IMG/VR virus record: IMGVR_UViG_2706796076_000001
Length of the DNA stretch: 61,208 nt
DNA from: a virus
Taxonomy: Duplodnaviria > Heunggongvirae > Uroviricota > Caudoviricetes > Herelleviridae
Reading direction: 5' to 3' (one strand)
Part shown: positions 1-9,967 of the stretch, one piece after another
Layout of the letters: every line of letters starts with the position of its first letter
How positions within the stretch are numbered: the first letter of the stretch is position 1
The notes under the pieces: generated by a model
Databases searched by the model: none
What the model was told of the DNA's origin: nothing
The model's input: only the letters and a program-made list of their open reading frames with translations
Position numbers and translations under genes: made by a program

Positions 1-212
1 ATGGATGGTAAAGAATTAATAAAAATGACACAGGAAACTTTTAAAACAAAAAATGTTACTCGAGAACAATTAGACCATATATTAAATATGCTTAATCCGA
101 GTACATATATGTTAAAGTATCATACACTTAGAGGACACCCTATTACATTTAGTATACCTAATAGGGATAGAAGTAAAGCACAAGCACATAGACCTTGGCA
201 AGTTAAAATCGT
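1..212 (+). CDS. terL: Terminase large subunit, exon 1
   Basis: MDGKELIK...RPWQVKIV matches the N-terminus of K/Twort-like terminases as recalled. The exon ends at U212 mid-codon (GT|A). Confidence 0.93.
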
Positions 213-562
213 ATAATTATTTGCGACCTTATGTAGTAATATGTATTGAATAACTCTGTTAAACGGGCATAGTAAAATAATGTATAGAAAACCAATATAC
301 TGGTAAGAAACCCTAAATCTGACTATACACAGACAGTGGGAACCAACCGTGCTAAATCTATAATTTAATTATTGACAAAATAATAATATATGATATAATT
401 TGATTATAGTAAAAGCCTAACGACTAAATTTCTATTTTAATAGATAAGAGGAATAATATTCCGTAAAGCAGAGAACCCTTAACCAAAAATAAGGGTTGTG
501 ATATAGTCTAAACCGATTCTTAAATGAATGTTAAAGTATTACGAAAGTAACGGTAGTAATTG
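213..562 (+). ncRNA. ORF-less group I intron (350 nt) in terL
   Basis: P1: exon UCGU pairs with GCGA (223-226), with the U.G wobble. P10: AUUAUUU (216-222) pairs with exon 2 AAAUGAU. P7 strands GACUA (422-426) and UAGUC (504-508). Terminal G562. Removal restores ...KIV-NDTHPNKAVIKSRQLGLSEM. Confidence 0.93.
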
Positions 563-2168
563 AAATGATACTCATCCTAATAAAGCAGTAATTAAGTCAC
601 GTCAGCTAGGATTAAGTGAAATGTCTGTAATGGAAATGGTACATTTTGCAGATATGTATAGTTTTAAAAATGTAAAATGTTTGTATACGTTTCCAACACA
701 AGAGCAACTTAAGAAATTTGTTCAGTCAAGGCTTAATCCTGTTTTAGAAAAATCATATTTTAAAGATATAGTAAATTGGGATAAAGATTCTTTAGGGTAT
801 AAACAAATAAGAAACTCTAGTCTATTCTTTAGAACGAGTAGTAAACCAGGTTCAGTTGAGGGTGTGGATATTGACTTTTTAGCTATGGATGAATATGAAC
901 GTGTTAACTCACTTGCTGAATCATCAGCACTTGAATCTATGTCAAGTTCACCATTACACATTGTTAGAAGATTCTCAACACCTTCAGCTCCAGGTGTAGG
1001 TATTCATAAATTATACCAACAATCAGACCAATGGTATTATGCACATGTTTGCCAACATTGTGATTATCATAACGAGATGAAATATGCTCCTTATGATGAG
1101 AATAATTTAGAACAAAGTGGTAACTTATTATTGGTTAATCCTGAAGGTATTGATGAACAAGCAAAAACGGTACAAGATGGAACATACCAATATGTATGTC
1201 AAAAATGTGGTAAACCTTTAGATAGATGGTATAATGGTGTGTGGGAATGTCGTTATCCTGAACGAACAAAAAATAATTCAGGTATTAGAGGGTATTATAT
1301 ATCTCAAATGAACGCTGTATGGATTTCAGCAGACCAATTAGTAGAAAAAGAAATGAATACAGATTCTAAGCAAGCATTTTATAATTATTCTTTAGGTATG
1401 CCTTACGAAGATGTTAAAATGCGTGTTCTTGAAGAAGATGTATTTGAAAATAAATCACCTGTTGCTAAAAAACAAATGTTTAACAGAGGTAATTATTCTT
1501 ATATTTCTGTAGGAATTGATTGGGGAAATCACCATTGGGTTACAGTTCACGGTGTATTGCCTGATGGTAAAAAAGACTTAATAAGATTATTTTCTGTTAA
1601 GAAAAACACAAGACCTAATATGGTTGAAGCTGATTTAGAAACAATTATATGGGAAATTTCTAAATATGAACCAGACATTATCATAGCAGATAATGGGGAT
1701 AGTGGTAATAATGTCCTAAAACTTATAAACCATTTTGGAGAAGATAAAGTTTTTGGATGTACTTACAATTCCAGTCCACGTTCTACAGGACAGTTACGAC
1801 CTAAATTTAATGAAAAAGATAATACGGTAACTGTTGATAAGCTTATGCAAAATAAGATTTATATCCAAGGACTAAAAACAAAAAATATACGTATGTATCA
1901 AGAAGTAGATGATGACCTTAGAACATATTTAAAACATTGGCAAAATGTTTTAATTATGGATGAGGAAGACGAGAAAAAAGAAGAAATGTATCAAGTAATT
2001 AAACGTAAAGGTGACGACCACTGGGCACAGGCAAGTGTATATGCAAATATCGGATTAACACGAATACAACAGTTAATACAACAAGGAAATGGTACAGCGT
2101 TTAATTCTACTTTTGTTACTACTAATTATAATTCAGGAAATAGTAATACAAACTATTATATAGATTAG
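563..2168 (+). CDS. terL: Terminase large subunit, exon 2 (spliced product 605 aa)
   Basis: In frame with track ORF 621..2168. Contains the KSRQLGLSE Walker A-like motif, the MDEYE Walker B motif and a C-terminal RNase H-like nuclease (GIDWG, KGDDHW). Confidence 0.95.
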
Positions 2169-2181
2169 GTAGTGATTTAAT

Positions 2182-2985
2182 TTGACAAATGAGTTTATTT
2201 ATGATATAATGAAAAAAGATAATGAAAGTATGGATGAAAATAATCTATACTTTCTTACAGGTAAATATTTTAGTTTTGATGAAGTTATTAATAACGAAGA
2301 AACATTAAACAAAAAATATAAACATTTATACAAACCAAATGGTTTTAATAGCTTTTATGATATGGTATTGTTTTGTAAATCAAATACTGAAAAAATAACC
2401 AAAGGCGGAGATAAAGATTTATCTAATTTGAATAAAGTTAAACGTAAAGTAATTAGAAACGGCAAAGAAGTAGAAATGACTATTTACGAAGACGGAAATT
2501 CAAAAGATAAAGAGCAACAAGATAAACAACCTGAAACTAATAATAACTCAGCTATAGGTTCTTCAGTTGAAGATAATGGTGGTATAAATGAAAAAGTAAA
2601 TCCAGAAAGATTAGCTACATCTTTGTCTATACTTAAAAATAAAGGTGTAAATACATCTCATTTAAAAGAAACATCTTCTATTTATAAAGTATTCAATAAC
2701 GGTGAGGATGTTATAGGTATAGCAGAATATAATTTATATGACAAAGAAATAAAATTAGAATCATATATTAGTTCACCAGAATCTAGCGGAGTAGGATTAC
2801 GTTCTATATTTGAACTTATAAAACTAGGTATAGATAATGAAATGGCAATATCTATATATGATATACAATTAAAAGAAGCTATTAATTATATAGATTATCT
2901 AGGTTTTAAAAAAGTTAAAGATAGATATTTAATGACTAAAAAAGAAGTTCAAAATTTTGTAGGTGATAATGATGTTTTTGTTTAA
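2182..2985 (+). CDS. Conserved hypothetical, probable virion protein (TTG start)
   Basis: 267-aa ORF at the conserved position after terL in K-like phages. Confidence 0.75.
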   Translation: MTNEFIYDIMKKDNESMDENNLYFLTGKYFSFDEVINNEETLNKKYKHLYKPNGFNSFYDMVLFCKSNTEKITKGGDKDLSNLNKVKRKVIRNGKEVEMTIYEDGNSKDKEQQDKQPETNNNSAIGSSVEDNGGINEKVNPERLATSLSILKNKGVNTSHLKETSSIYKVFNNGEDVIGIAEYNLYDKEIKLESYISSPESSGVGLRSIFELIKLGIDNEMAISIYDIQLKEAINYIDYLGFKKVKDRYLMTKKEVQNFVGDNDVFV

Positions 2986-3133
2986 TTTTATTGTCTACAC
3001 TGTTTTACTTATACTATTTATTTTAATTGATATTAGGTTTTATTATAAAAGAGAAAAAAGTAAAATTTATGAAATTAATATTGCAAGAGAACTAAAATCA
3101 ATAGAAAAAGATATAAAAGATTTATTAAATTAA
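2969..3133 (+). CDS. Small membrane protein, 54 aa (absent from ORF track)
   Basis: AGGTGA RBS, then MMFLFNFIVYTVLLILFILIDIRFYY...; one N-terminal hydrophobic helix. Fills the gap before 3147. Confidence 0.75.
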   Translation: MMFLFNFIVYTVLLILFILIDIRFYYKREKSKIYEINIARELKSIEKDIKDLLN

Positions 3134-3146
3134 AAGGAGATTTATT

Positions 3147-3638
3147 ATGGAAAAAAATACATTAACATTAGAAGAATCTATTACACCTATTAGTGGTGAA
3201 GAAAAAGAAAAAGCATTACAGGATTTTAGTGATTTAGCTTGTAAACTTATGGCTACCCTGTATGAGACTTTAAACTTGTTTAGACAAGACCCACCAAATA
3301 AACTTGATTCACATATGTTATTATTCCAAACAAGATTAAATGATGAGCTTACAGGTGAGTATCATAATAAAATGTTTGAGATTGCATTTAATAAACGTCT
3401 TAATTTAGATGAGTATACAGAGAAAATTAAAGAAGATGTTAAAAAAGGTAAAGCACTTCCTTTAGGTGACATTGTAATTGAAGACTTTTATATGAGTAAT
3501 GTACTATCTGGAAATGAAGTTCAATTAGGATTAAACTTTATGTTAAGAGAAAATTACGAAGAAAAGCAACGAATTAAAGAGGAAGAAGAGTTAAAATTAA
3601 AAAAAGAAAAAGAGAAATTAATGGAAGATAATAAGTAA
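3147..3638 (+). CDS. Conserved hypothetical protein
   Basis: AGGAGA RBS; 163 aa; followed by a terminator. Confidence 0.8.
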   Translation: MEKNTLTLEESITPISGEEKEKALQDFSDLACKLMATLYETLNLFRQDPPNKLDSHMLLFQTRLNDELTGEYHNKMFEIAFNKRLNLDEYTEKIKEDVKKGKALPLGDIVIEDFYMSNVLSGNEVQLGLNFMLRENYEEKQRIKEEEELKLKKEKEKLMEDNK

Positions 3639-3641
3639 TTT

Positions 3642-3668
3642 AAAGGGTAGATATACTACCCTTTTTTT
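3642..3668 (+). terminator. Intrinsic terminator
   Basis: AAAGGGTAG-atata-CTACCCTTT followed by a T run. Confidence 0.8.
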
Positions 3669-3671
3669 GCA

Positions 3672-3681
3672 TGTTATATTA
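3672..3681 (+). promoter_or_regulatory. Putative late promoter (TGTTATATTA)
   Basis: The same 10-mer recurs upstream of structural genes at 6230, 8093, 18718 and 37671. Confidence 0.6.
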
Positions 3682-3714
3682 TATATAGTATAATAACATA
3701 TTTGAGGTGGGTAT

Positions 3715-4101
3715 ATGCTCAGTATAGATTTTAATTTAATAACTTCTCTATCAGTTATTGTCCTTAGTTTGAGTGTATTATATATACTTATATATTCTTG
3801 TGCTAAAAAAAATAAATCCTTTTTTGTAAAATTAATTAATTATGTTATACTATTAGTATCATTTTATTTTTTAGTTTCAATGTTTCAAAAAACATCTGAT
3901 ATTATTAAAATAGACGTTATAAATACTATAGAAAATACAGAAAAATATAATGGCTTTTATAATCCATTTGTTATCGTAGGAACAGGAACGATAGGTACTA
4001 TTATTGGTTTTGTATGGTATAAAATGGAAAAGTACGTTAAAGAGAGAAATATAAAAGCAACTAAAAAGGAAGAAGATAATAGTGATATATTCAAAAGATA
4101 G
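3715..4101 (+). CDS. Membrane protein
   Basis: 128 aa with three hydrophobic segments; GAGGTG RBS. Confidence 0.75.
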   Translation: MLSIDFNLITSLSVIVLSLSVLYILIYSCAKKNKSFFVKLINYVILLVSFYFLVSMFQKTSDIIKIDVINTIENTEKYNGFYNPFVIVGTGTIGTIIGFVWYKMEKYVKERNIKATKKEEDNSDIFKR

Positions 4102-4453
4102 TAAATGGGATGAAGCTAAAGAATTTATTAAACAACAAGGTATGCAAGATAATTGGATAGAAATAGTTGATTATTACAGACAAATTGGTGGAAGACATGT
4201 TGCTGTATTTATTGCTATAGATAAACAAAAGTATATGATATTAGAAGCTACAAAAGATAATAGAGTTATTTTATTAGACAAAGACAACAACATATTATTA
4301 GAGGATTATGATTTAGTAACAGAAAGTAAAAAAATGTTTTATTATATAGAAGAACCATTTGAATATAAAATTAATTTACCTAAAAATATAAGTGAATTAA
4401 CATTTAATAATACAATTGTATTATCAGTGGTTAGAAATGGTGGTGACAAATAA
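4082..4453 (+). CDS. Conserved hypothetical protein upstream of portal
   Basis: 123 aa; conserved synteny. Confidence 0.75.
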   Translation: MIYSKDSKWDEAKEFIKQQGMQDNWIEIVDYYRQIGGRHVAVFIAIDKQKYMILEATKDNRVILLDKDNNILLEDYDLVTESKKMFYYIEEPFEYKINLPKNISELTFNNTIVLSVVRNGGDK

Positions 4454-4454
4454 C

Positions 4455-6146
4455 TTGGCAGATTTATTTAAGAGTTTAAGACTAGGTAAAGACTATACCG
4501 ATAGTTATGGAGCGGTACCTATAGATAATGATTTACAAGCTAATATAAAAAAAATAGAACAAGATAATGTTAATTTAAATAAGAGCATATCAAAATCTCT
4601 ATATGGTAATCAGCAGGCATATGCAGAACCTTTTTTGTCTTTAATGGATACTAATCCAGAGTTTAGAGATAAAAGAAGTTATACAAAGAATGAGCATAAT
4701 TTACATGATGTTCTTAAAAAGTTTGGTAATAATCCTATACTAAATGCAATTATACTTACTAGAGCAAATCAGGTAGCTATGTATTGTCAACCTTCTAGAT
4801 ATTCTGAAAGAGGATTAGGTTTTGAAGTACGTATGCGTGATTTAGAAGCAGAACCTGGTAAAAAAGAAAAAGAAGAAATTAAAAGAATTGAAGAATTTAT
4901 ATTAAATACAGGAAGAGATAAAGATGTAGATAGAGATTCTTTTCAAACTTTCTGTAGGAAAATAGTTAGAGATACTTATTTATACGACCAAGTTAATTTT
5001 GAAAAAGTATTTAATAAAAAGAATGGTACTAAGTTAGATAAGTTCATAGCTGTTGACCCTAGTACAATATTCTATGCTACTGATAAGAAGGGTAAAATTA
5101 TAAAAGGTGGTAAAAGATTTGTACAAGTTATAGATAAAAAAGTTGTAGCTTATTTTACTTCTAGAGAACTTGCTATGGGTATAAGAAACCCTAGAACAGA
5201 TATTAATGCTTCTGGATATGGACTTTCTGAAGTAGAGATAGCTATGAAAGAATTTATAGCTTATAATAATACTGAAAACTTTAATGACAGATTCTTTAGT
5301 CATGGAGGAACAACTAGAGGTATATTACAAATAAAAGCAGACCAACAACAATCTCAACATGCATTAGAAAATTTTAAAAGAGAATGGAAATCTAGTTTCT
5401 CTGGTATTAATGGAAGTTGGCAAGTGCCTGTAATGATGGCTGATGACGTTAACTTTGTAAATATGACACCTACAGCAAATGATATGCAATTTGAGAAATG
5501 GTTAAACTATCTTATTAATATTATTTCAAGTCTGTATGGAATTGACCCCGCTGAAATTAACTTCCCTAACAGAGGAGGAGCTACAAGTTCTAAAGGTGGA
5601 AATACATTAAACGAAGCAGACCCGTCTAAAAAACACCAAGCTTCTCAAAATAAAGGATTACAACCTTTATTAAGATTTATAGAAGACTTAATAAATAGAC
5701 ATATTGTATCTGAGTATGGAGATAAATATACATTCCAATTTGTTGGTGGAGATTCTAAATCTGAAAAAGATAAAATAGAAATACTTAAAGCTAAAGCAGA
5801 AGTAGCTTTAACTGTTAATGAAGTAAGAAAAGAATTAGGTGAACCACCAATCGAAGGCGGAGACACTATACTTAACGGTGTATATGTACAAAGAGTAGGA
5901 CAAATATACCAACAAAATCAATATGAAGATGCACAAAGAAAAGAAAAATTAGAAATGATGCAAAATGTATTAAGCTCAGAAGGAGAAGACCAAAATACAG
6001 AAACAACAAATGAGCAAGATACAGAACAAGAAAGTAATGAAGTAGGTAAAGACGGACAAGTTAAAAATCAAACAAATACAAATCAACAAGGTATGACAAC
6101 AAGTAAAAATCCTAATAACGAAAAACCTGAAGATTTTAAAAAATAA
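4455..6146 (+). CDS. Portal protein (likely TTG start at 4455, 563 aa)
   Basis: Begins (M)ADLFKSLRLGKDY as recalled for K-like portals. Has FFSHGGTTRGIL and YGIDPAEINF portal motifs. The track start at 4416 overlaps the previous gene. Confidence 0.93.
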   Translation: MADLFKSLRLGKDYTDSYGAVPIDNDLQANIKKIEQDNVNLNKSISKSLYGNQQAYAEPFLSLMDTNPEFRDKRSYTKNEHNLHDVLKKFGNNPILNAIILTRANQVAMYCQPSRYSERGLGFEVRMRDLEAEPGKKEKEEIKRIEEFILNTGRDKDVDRDSFQTFCRKIVRDTYLYDQVNFEKVFNKKNGTKLDKFIAVDPSTIFYATDKKGKIIKGGKRFVQVIDKKVVAYFTSRELAMGIRNPRTDINASGYGLSEVEIAMKEFIAYNNTENFNDRFFSHGGTTRGILQIKADQQQSQHALENFKREWKSSFSGINGSWQVPVMMADDVNFVNMTPTANDMQFEKWLNYLINIISSLYGIDPAEINFPNRGGATSSKGGNTLNEADPSKKHQASQNKGLQPLLRFIEDLINRHIVSEYGDKYTFQFVGGDSKSEKDKIEILKAKAEVALTVNEVRKELGEPPIEGGDTILNGVYVQRVGQIYQQNQYEDAQRKEKLEMMQNVLSSEGEDQNTETTNEQDTEQESNEVGKDGQVKNQTNTNQQGMTTSKNPNNEKPEDFKK

Positions 6147-6160
6147 TTATTAAATTAATT

Positions 6161-6205
6161 TTGTAAACTAACTAATATGTGGTATAATATACATATTAGT
6201 TAGTT
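6161..6205 (+). promoter_or_regulatory. Sigma70-like promoter embedded in a perfect 15-bp inverted repeat
   Basis: Arms AACTAACTAATATGT (6166-6180) and ACATATTAGTTAGTT (6191-6205), with TATAAT (6183-6188) in the loop. Confidence 0.6.
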
Positions 6206-6229
6206 ATTTTTATTATATTAAACTTAAAG

Positions 6230-6239
6230 TGTTATATTA
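6230..6239 (+). promoter_or_regulatory. Putative late promoter (TGTTATATTA)
   Basis: Recurrent motif, upstream of the prohead protease. Confidence 0.6.
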
Positions 6240-6287
6240 TACATAGAAAATAATAAAATTAACTAGACAAGTGAGGTGTAAAAACCT

Positions 6288-7058
6288 TTGGAAGAAATGA
6301 AGTTTAATGCTTTTGTTCCTATGGACTTATCAAAATCTGTAAGCACAAAAGAGGATACAGAACAATTTTCTAAAGTTTCAGGCTGGGCTAGTACACCAGC
6401 ATTAGATTTACAATCAGATATTATAAACCCTAAAGGAATTGACATAAGTTATTTTAAAGAGCACGGTTATGTTAACTATGAGCATAATCAAGATGAAGTA
6501 GTAGGTTTCCCTACAGATAATTGCTATGTTGATGTTGAAAAAGGATTATATATCGAAGCTAACTTATTTAAAGATAACGAAAATGTTATTAAGATGTTAG
6601 ACTTAGCAGAGAAATTAGAAAAATCTGGAAGTGGTCGTAAGTTAGGTTTTAGTATTGAAGGTGCAGTAAAAAAACGTAATGTAAATGATAACAGAGTTAT
6701 TGATGAAGTAACAATTACAGGTGTCGCTTTAGTTAAAAATCCAGCAAACCCTGAGGCAACATGGGAAAGTTTTGTTAAATCATTCTTAACAGGACATGGA
6801 ACTACACCTGAAACGCAAACAGACGCAGGAGCATTACGTAGAGAATCTTTAGCATCTAGTATTACAAACTTAACATATGTAACTAAGATTAAAGATTTGA
6901 AAAAATTTAATGATACTTGGAATAATATTGTAGAAGATTTGAATAAATCTAATCAAATGGGTTATGAAGAATCCATTATAACATTACAGCTTGCTAAAGG
7001 TCTTTCAAGAAAAGACGCTGAGTTAGCAGTAATGCAAATTAGGAAGGAGCATTTATAA
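6288..7058 (+). CDS. Prohead protease (TTG start)
   Basis: Contains GWASTPALDLQSD, YEH, LGFSIEG and GVALVKNPANPEA (HK97-type protease motifs); lies between portal and capsid. Confidence 0.92.
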   Translation: MEEMKFNAFVPMDLSKSVSTKEDTEQFSKVSGWASTPALDLQSDIINPKGIDISYFKEHGYVNYEHNQDEVVGFPTDNCYVDVEKGLYIEANLFKDNENVIKMLDLAEKLEKSGSGRKLGFSIEGAVKKRNVNDNRVIDEVTITGVALVKNPANPEATWESFVKSFLTGHGTTPETQTDAGALRRESLASSITNLTYVTKIKDLKKFNDTWNNIVEDLNKSNQMGYEESIITLQLAKGLSRKDAELAVMQIRKEHL

Positions 7059-7060
7059 TA

Positions 7061-8074
7061 ATGGCTAAAGGATTATCAAATATCTTAGAAGAATATGATA
7101 AACTTAATGAATCTATCACTAAGTCTCAAGAAGATAAAACAGAAGATACAGAGACAAAAGATAATGTGGTAGAAGAAACAGAAACACAAACAGCTGAAAC
7201 TCAAGCTACAGAAAATAAAGAACCTGAAAAGGTAACTGAAGAAGATTCTAAAGAAGCTCAAGAAGAAGGAGAAAAATTAGAATCCGAAGGAACTGAAGAT
7301 GTAAGTCCAGAAAAAGATGATACAGTAGAAAAGTCTACTAAAGAATCAAAAGACCCAGTAGACCATAAAGATACTAAGACTGAAGATAAAGATAATGAGA
7401 AACGTAAAAATAAAAAAGAAGATAAAGATTCAGAAGAAAAAGAAGATTCTAAAGAAGGTAAAGAAGATAAGAAAGAAGAGAAAGACTCTAAAGAAGATAA
7501 AAAAGAAGGAAAAGAAAAAACTTCTAAATCAATTTCTGATGAAGATATTCTTACAGGTTTCTCTACAGTTTTAAAATCTTTAGAAGCTATTTCACAAGAA
7601 AAAGAACAATTTGTTACTAAATCTGAGTTTAAAGAATTAAATGATAAGTTAGATGCTGTATTAGATAAAAAAGAAACAGAAGAAACAAATGTTGAAGAAA
7701 CTAAAGAAGATGGAAACCAAGAAGAAGAAACAACTCAAAAATCTGTAACTTCAACTACACAAGAAAACGAAGGTAAAGCTGAAGGCTTTGTTAATAAATC
7801 TGTTGATACTGAAACATCAGAAGCTGACGAAGTATCCGAAGGTAAATCAGAACAATCAACAGAAAGCTCACAAGAAGAAGCAGAAACTTCAGAAGAAGGA
7901 TTAACTCAAGAAGAACGAAAAGTGTTTATGGATAAATTTAAAGAGCAAGCTTCACGTAAAGATAAGAACTATGCTCATTTAAATAAATTACGTCAAGCTT
8001 ACACTAATGTAACAACTAGTCCTGAAAGAGCTACAGAAAATGACGTAGAATTAATCAAAGATTTTATTAAATAA
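7061..8074 (+). CDS. Acidic, low-complexity scaffold-like head protein
   Basis: 337 aa, rich in E/K/D/T; between protease and capsid; many xxKS motifs. Confidence 0.7.
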   Translation: MAKGLSNILEEYDKLNESITKSQEDKTEDTETKDNVVEETETQTAETQATENKEPEKVTEEDSKEAQEEGEKLESEGTEDVSPEKDDTVEKSTKESKDPVDHKDTKTEDKDNEKRKNKKEDKDSEEKEDSKEGKEDKKEEKDSKEDKKEGKEKTSKSISDEDILTGFSTVLKSLEAISQEKEQFVTKSEFKELNDKLDAVLDKKETEETNVEETKEDGNQEEETTQKSVTSTTQENEGKAEGFVNKSVDTETSEADEVSEGKSEQSTESSQEEAETSEEGLTQEERKVFMDKFKEQASRKDKNYAHLNKLRQAYTNVTTSPERATENDVELIKDFIK

Positions 8075-8092
8075 TAAAAGTATACAAAATTG

Positions 8093-8102
8093 TGTTATAT
8101 TA
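8093..8102 (+). promoter_or_regulatory. Putative late promoter (TGTTATATTA)
   Basis: Recurrent motif, upstream of the major capsid gene. Confidence 0.65.
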
Positions 8103-8200
8103 TACAATGTAATTAATAAATAAAAAAACTAAAAGGATTTAGGGGTTAATCACCCTACTTCCTACCTTATATAATAAAAGATGAAAGGTGATTAACTTTT

Positions 8201-9592
8201 ATGGCTAACGGAAAAAAATTAAATGCTCAGCAAAACCAATATGCTGATGCGTTCCAAGAAGAAGTAGTTAAATCGTTCCAAACAGGACACGGTATTACTC
8301 CTGAAACACAAATTGATGCAGGAGCTTTAAGACGAGAAATTTTAGACGACCAAATCTCTATGTTAACATGGACTAATGACGATTTGATTTTCTATCGTGA
8401 TATTGCACGTAGACCAGCTGAATCAACAGTAGTTAAATACGATGTTTATTTACGTCACGGTAATGTAGGACATTCACGTTTTGTTCGTGAAGTAGGGGTA
8501 GCACCAGTAAGTGACCCTAATATTCGTCAAAGAACAGTATCAATGAAATACGTTTCTGATACTAAAAACATGTCAATTGCTAGTGGTTTAGTTAATAACA
8601 TTCAAGACCCAGCACAAATCTTAACAGAAGATGCTATCGCAGTTGTTGCTAAAACAATTGAGTGGGCTTCATTCTATGGTGATGCTTCATTAACTTCAGA
8701 ACCAGGTGGAGAAGGTCTTGAATTTGACGGATTAGCTAAATTAATTGATAAAGATAACGTAATTGACGCTCATGGTGAATCATTAGATGAAAAAACATTA
8801 AACGAAGCTTCAGTACGTATCGGTAAAGGCTTTGGTACAGCTACAGATGCTTACATGCCTATTGGTGTACACGCTGACTTTGTTAATAATATTTTAGGTC
8901 GCCAAGTACAATTAATGCAAGATAATAACGGTAACGTTAACACTGGATACAGTGTGCAAGGTTTCTACTCAGCTCGTGGATTTATCCGTTTACACGGTTC
9001 TACAGTAATGGAAAATGAATTAATCTTAGATGAAGGTTTACAACCATTACCAAATGCTCCACAACCAGCTAAAGTAGAAGCTACAGTAGAAAAAGGTAAA
9101 AAAGGTAAATTCATTAAAGAAGAAGACCGTTCTGGTTTAGTTTATAAAGTTGTAGTTAACTCTGATGAAGCTGAATCAGCTCCTTCAGAAGCAGTAGAAG
9201 CTACTGTAACAGACGCTACAGACGCTGTTAAATTAACAATCACTGTAAACTCTATGTACCAACAACAACCACAATACGTTTCTGTATACCGTCAAGGTAA
9301 AGAAACAGGTCAATTCTACTTAATCAAACGTATTCCATTGAAAGATGTTAATGAAGAAGGTAAATTAGAATTCTTAGACCTTAATGAGACACTACCAGAA
9401 ACAGCAGACGTATTTGTTGGTGAAATGTCTCCACAAGTAATTCACTTATTCGAGTTACTACCAATGATGAAATTACCATTAGCACAAATTAATGCTTCAG
9501 TTACATTTGCTGTATTATGGTATGGTGCATTGGCATTACGTGCTCCTAAAAAATGGGCTCGTATCAAAAACGTTCGTTACATTGCATACTAA
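8201..9592 (+). CDS. Major capsid protein
   Basis: 463 aa; VKSFQTGHGITPETQIDAGALRREIL...KWARIKNV is typical of K/Twort/A511 capsid proteins. Confidence 0.97.
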   Translation: MANGKKLNAQQNQYADAFQEEVVKSFQTGHGITPETQIDAGALRREILDDQISMLTWTNDDLIFYRDIARRPAESTVVKYDVYLRHGNVGHSRFVREVGVAPVSDPNIRQRTVSMKYVSDTKNMSIASGLVNNIQDPAQILTEDAIAVVAKTIEWASFYGDASLTSEPGGEGLEFDGLAKLIDKDNVIDAHGESLDEKTLNEASVRIGKGFGTATDAYMPIGVHADFVNNILGRQVQLMQDNNGNVNTGYSVQGFYSARGFIRLHGSTVMENELILDEGLQPLPNAPQPAKVEATVEKGKKGKFIKEEDRSGLVYKVVVNSDEAESAPSEAVEATVTDATDAVKLTITVNSMYQQQPQYVSVYRQGKETGQFYLIKRIPLKDVNEEGKLEFLDLNETLPETADVFVGEMSPQVIHLFELLPMMKLPLAQINASVTFAVLWYGALALRAPKKWARIKNVRYIAY

Positions 9593-9632
9593 GATAGCTT
9601 AGTAAAATAAGAAAAATTTAATAAAATTTTAT

Positions 9633-9664
9633 AGAGGGTAAACTTTGTTTATCCTCTTTTTTTA
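9633..9664 (+). terminator. Intrinsic terminator after capsid gene
   Basis: AGAGGGTAAAC...GTTTATCCTCT followed by a T run. Confidence 0.75.
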
Positions 9665-9691
9665 TTATAACATGAAAGGAATTTAAAATCT

Positions 9692-9958
9692 ATGCTTAAT
9701 TATACAAAAACTAATATTGAAATGGCAACTCCATATGGAAAAGTTACAATTGATGATAAAGGTAAAGTAAATGGTTTAACTAAAGAACAAGAAAAAGAAT
9801 TTGCTAATTTAAATGGTTTCACTTATACTGAAGATAAAAAATCACAACCTAAGAAAGAAACTAAAGAAGAATCTAAAAAAGAAGATACTAAACCTAAAAC
9901 AACTACAAGAAAAACAAGCACACGTAAAACAACAACTAAAAAATCAGAAGATAAGTAA
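9692..9958 (+). CDS. Small head-associated protein with K/T-rich tail
   Basis: 88 aa; syntenic with K-like phages. Confidence 0.7.
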   Translation: MLNYTKTNIEMATPYGKVTIDDKGKVNGLTKEQEKEFANLNGFTYTEDKKSQPKKETKEESKKEDTKPKTTTRKTSTRKTTTKKSEDK

Positions 9959-9967
9959 GGTGAGAAT

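Noticed and set aside
4416-4454. Track start of the portal protein
   Set aside because: Overlaps the previous gene; the TTG at 4455 matches the recalled family N-terminus.
7380-7520. GAAGATAAAGA-type repeats as a possible CRISPR or origin array
   Set aside because: Irregular coding repeats for E/D/K residues, without constant repeat-spacer structure.
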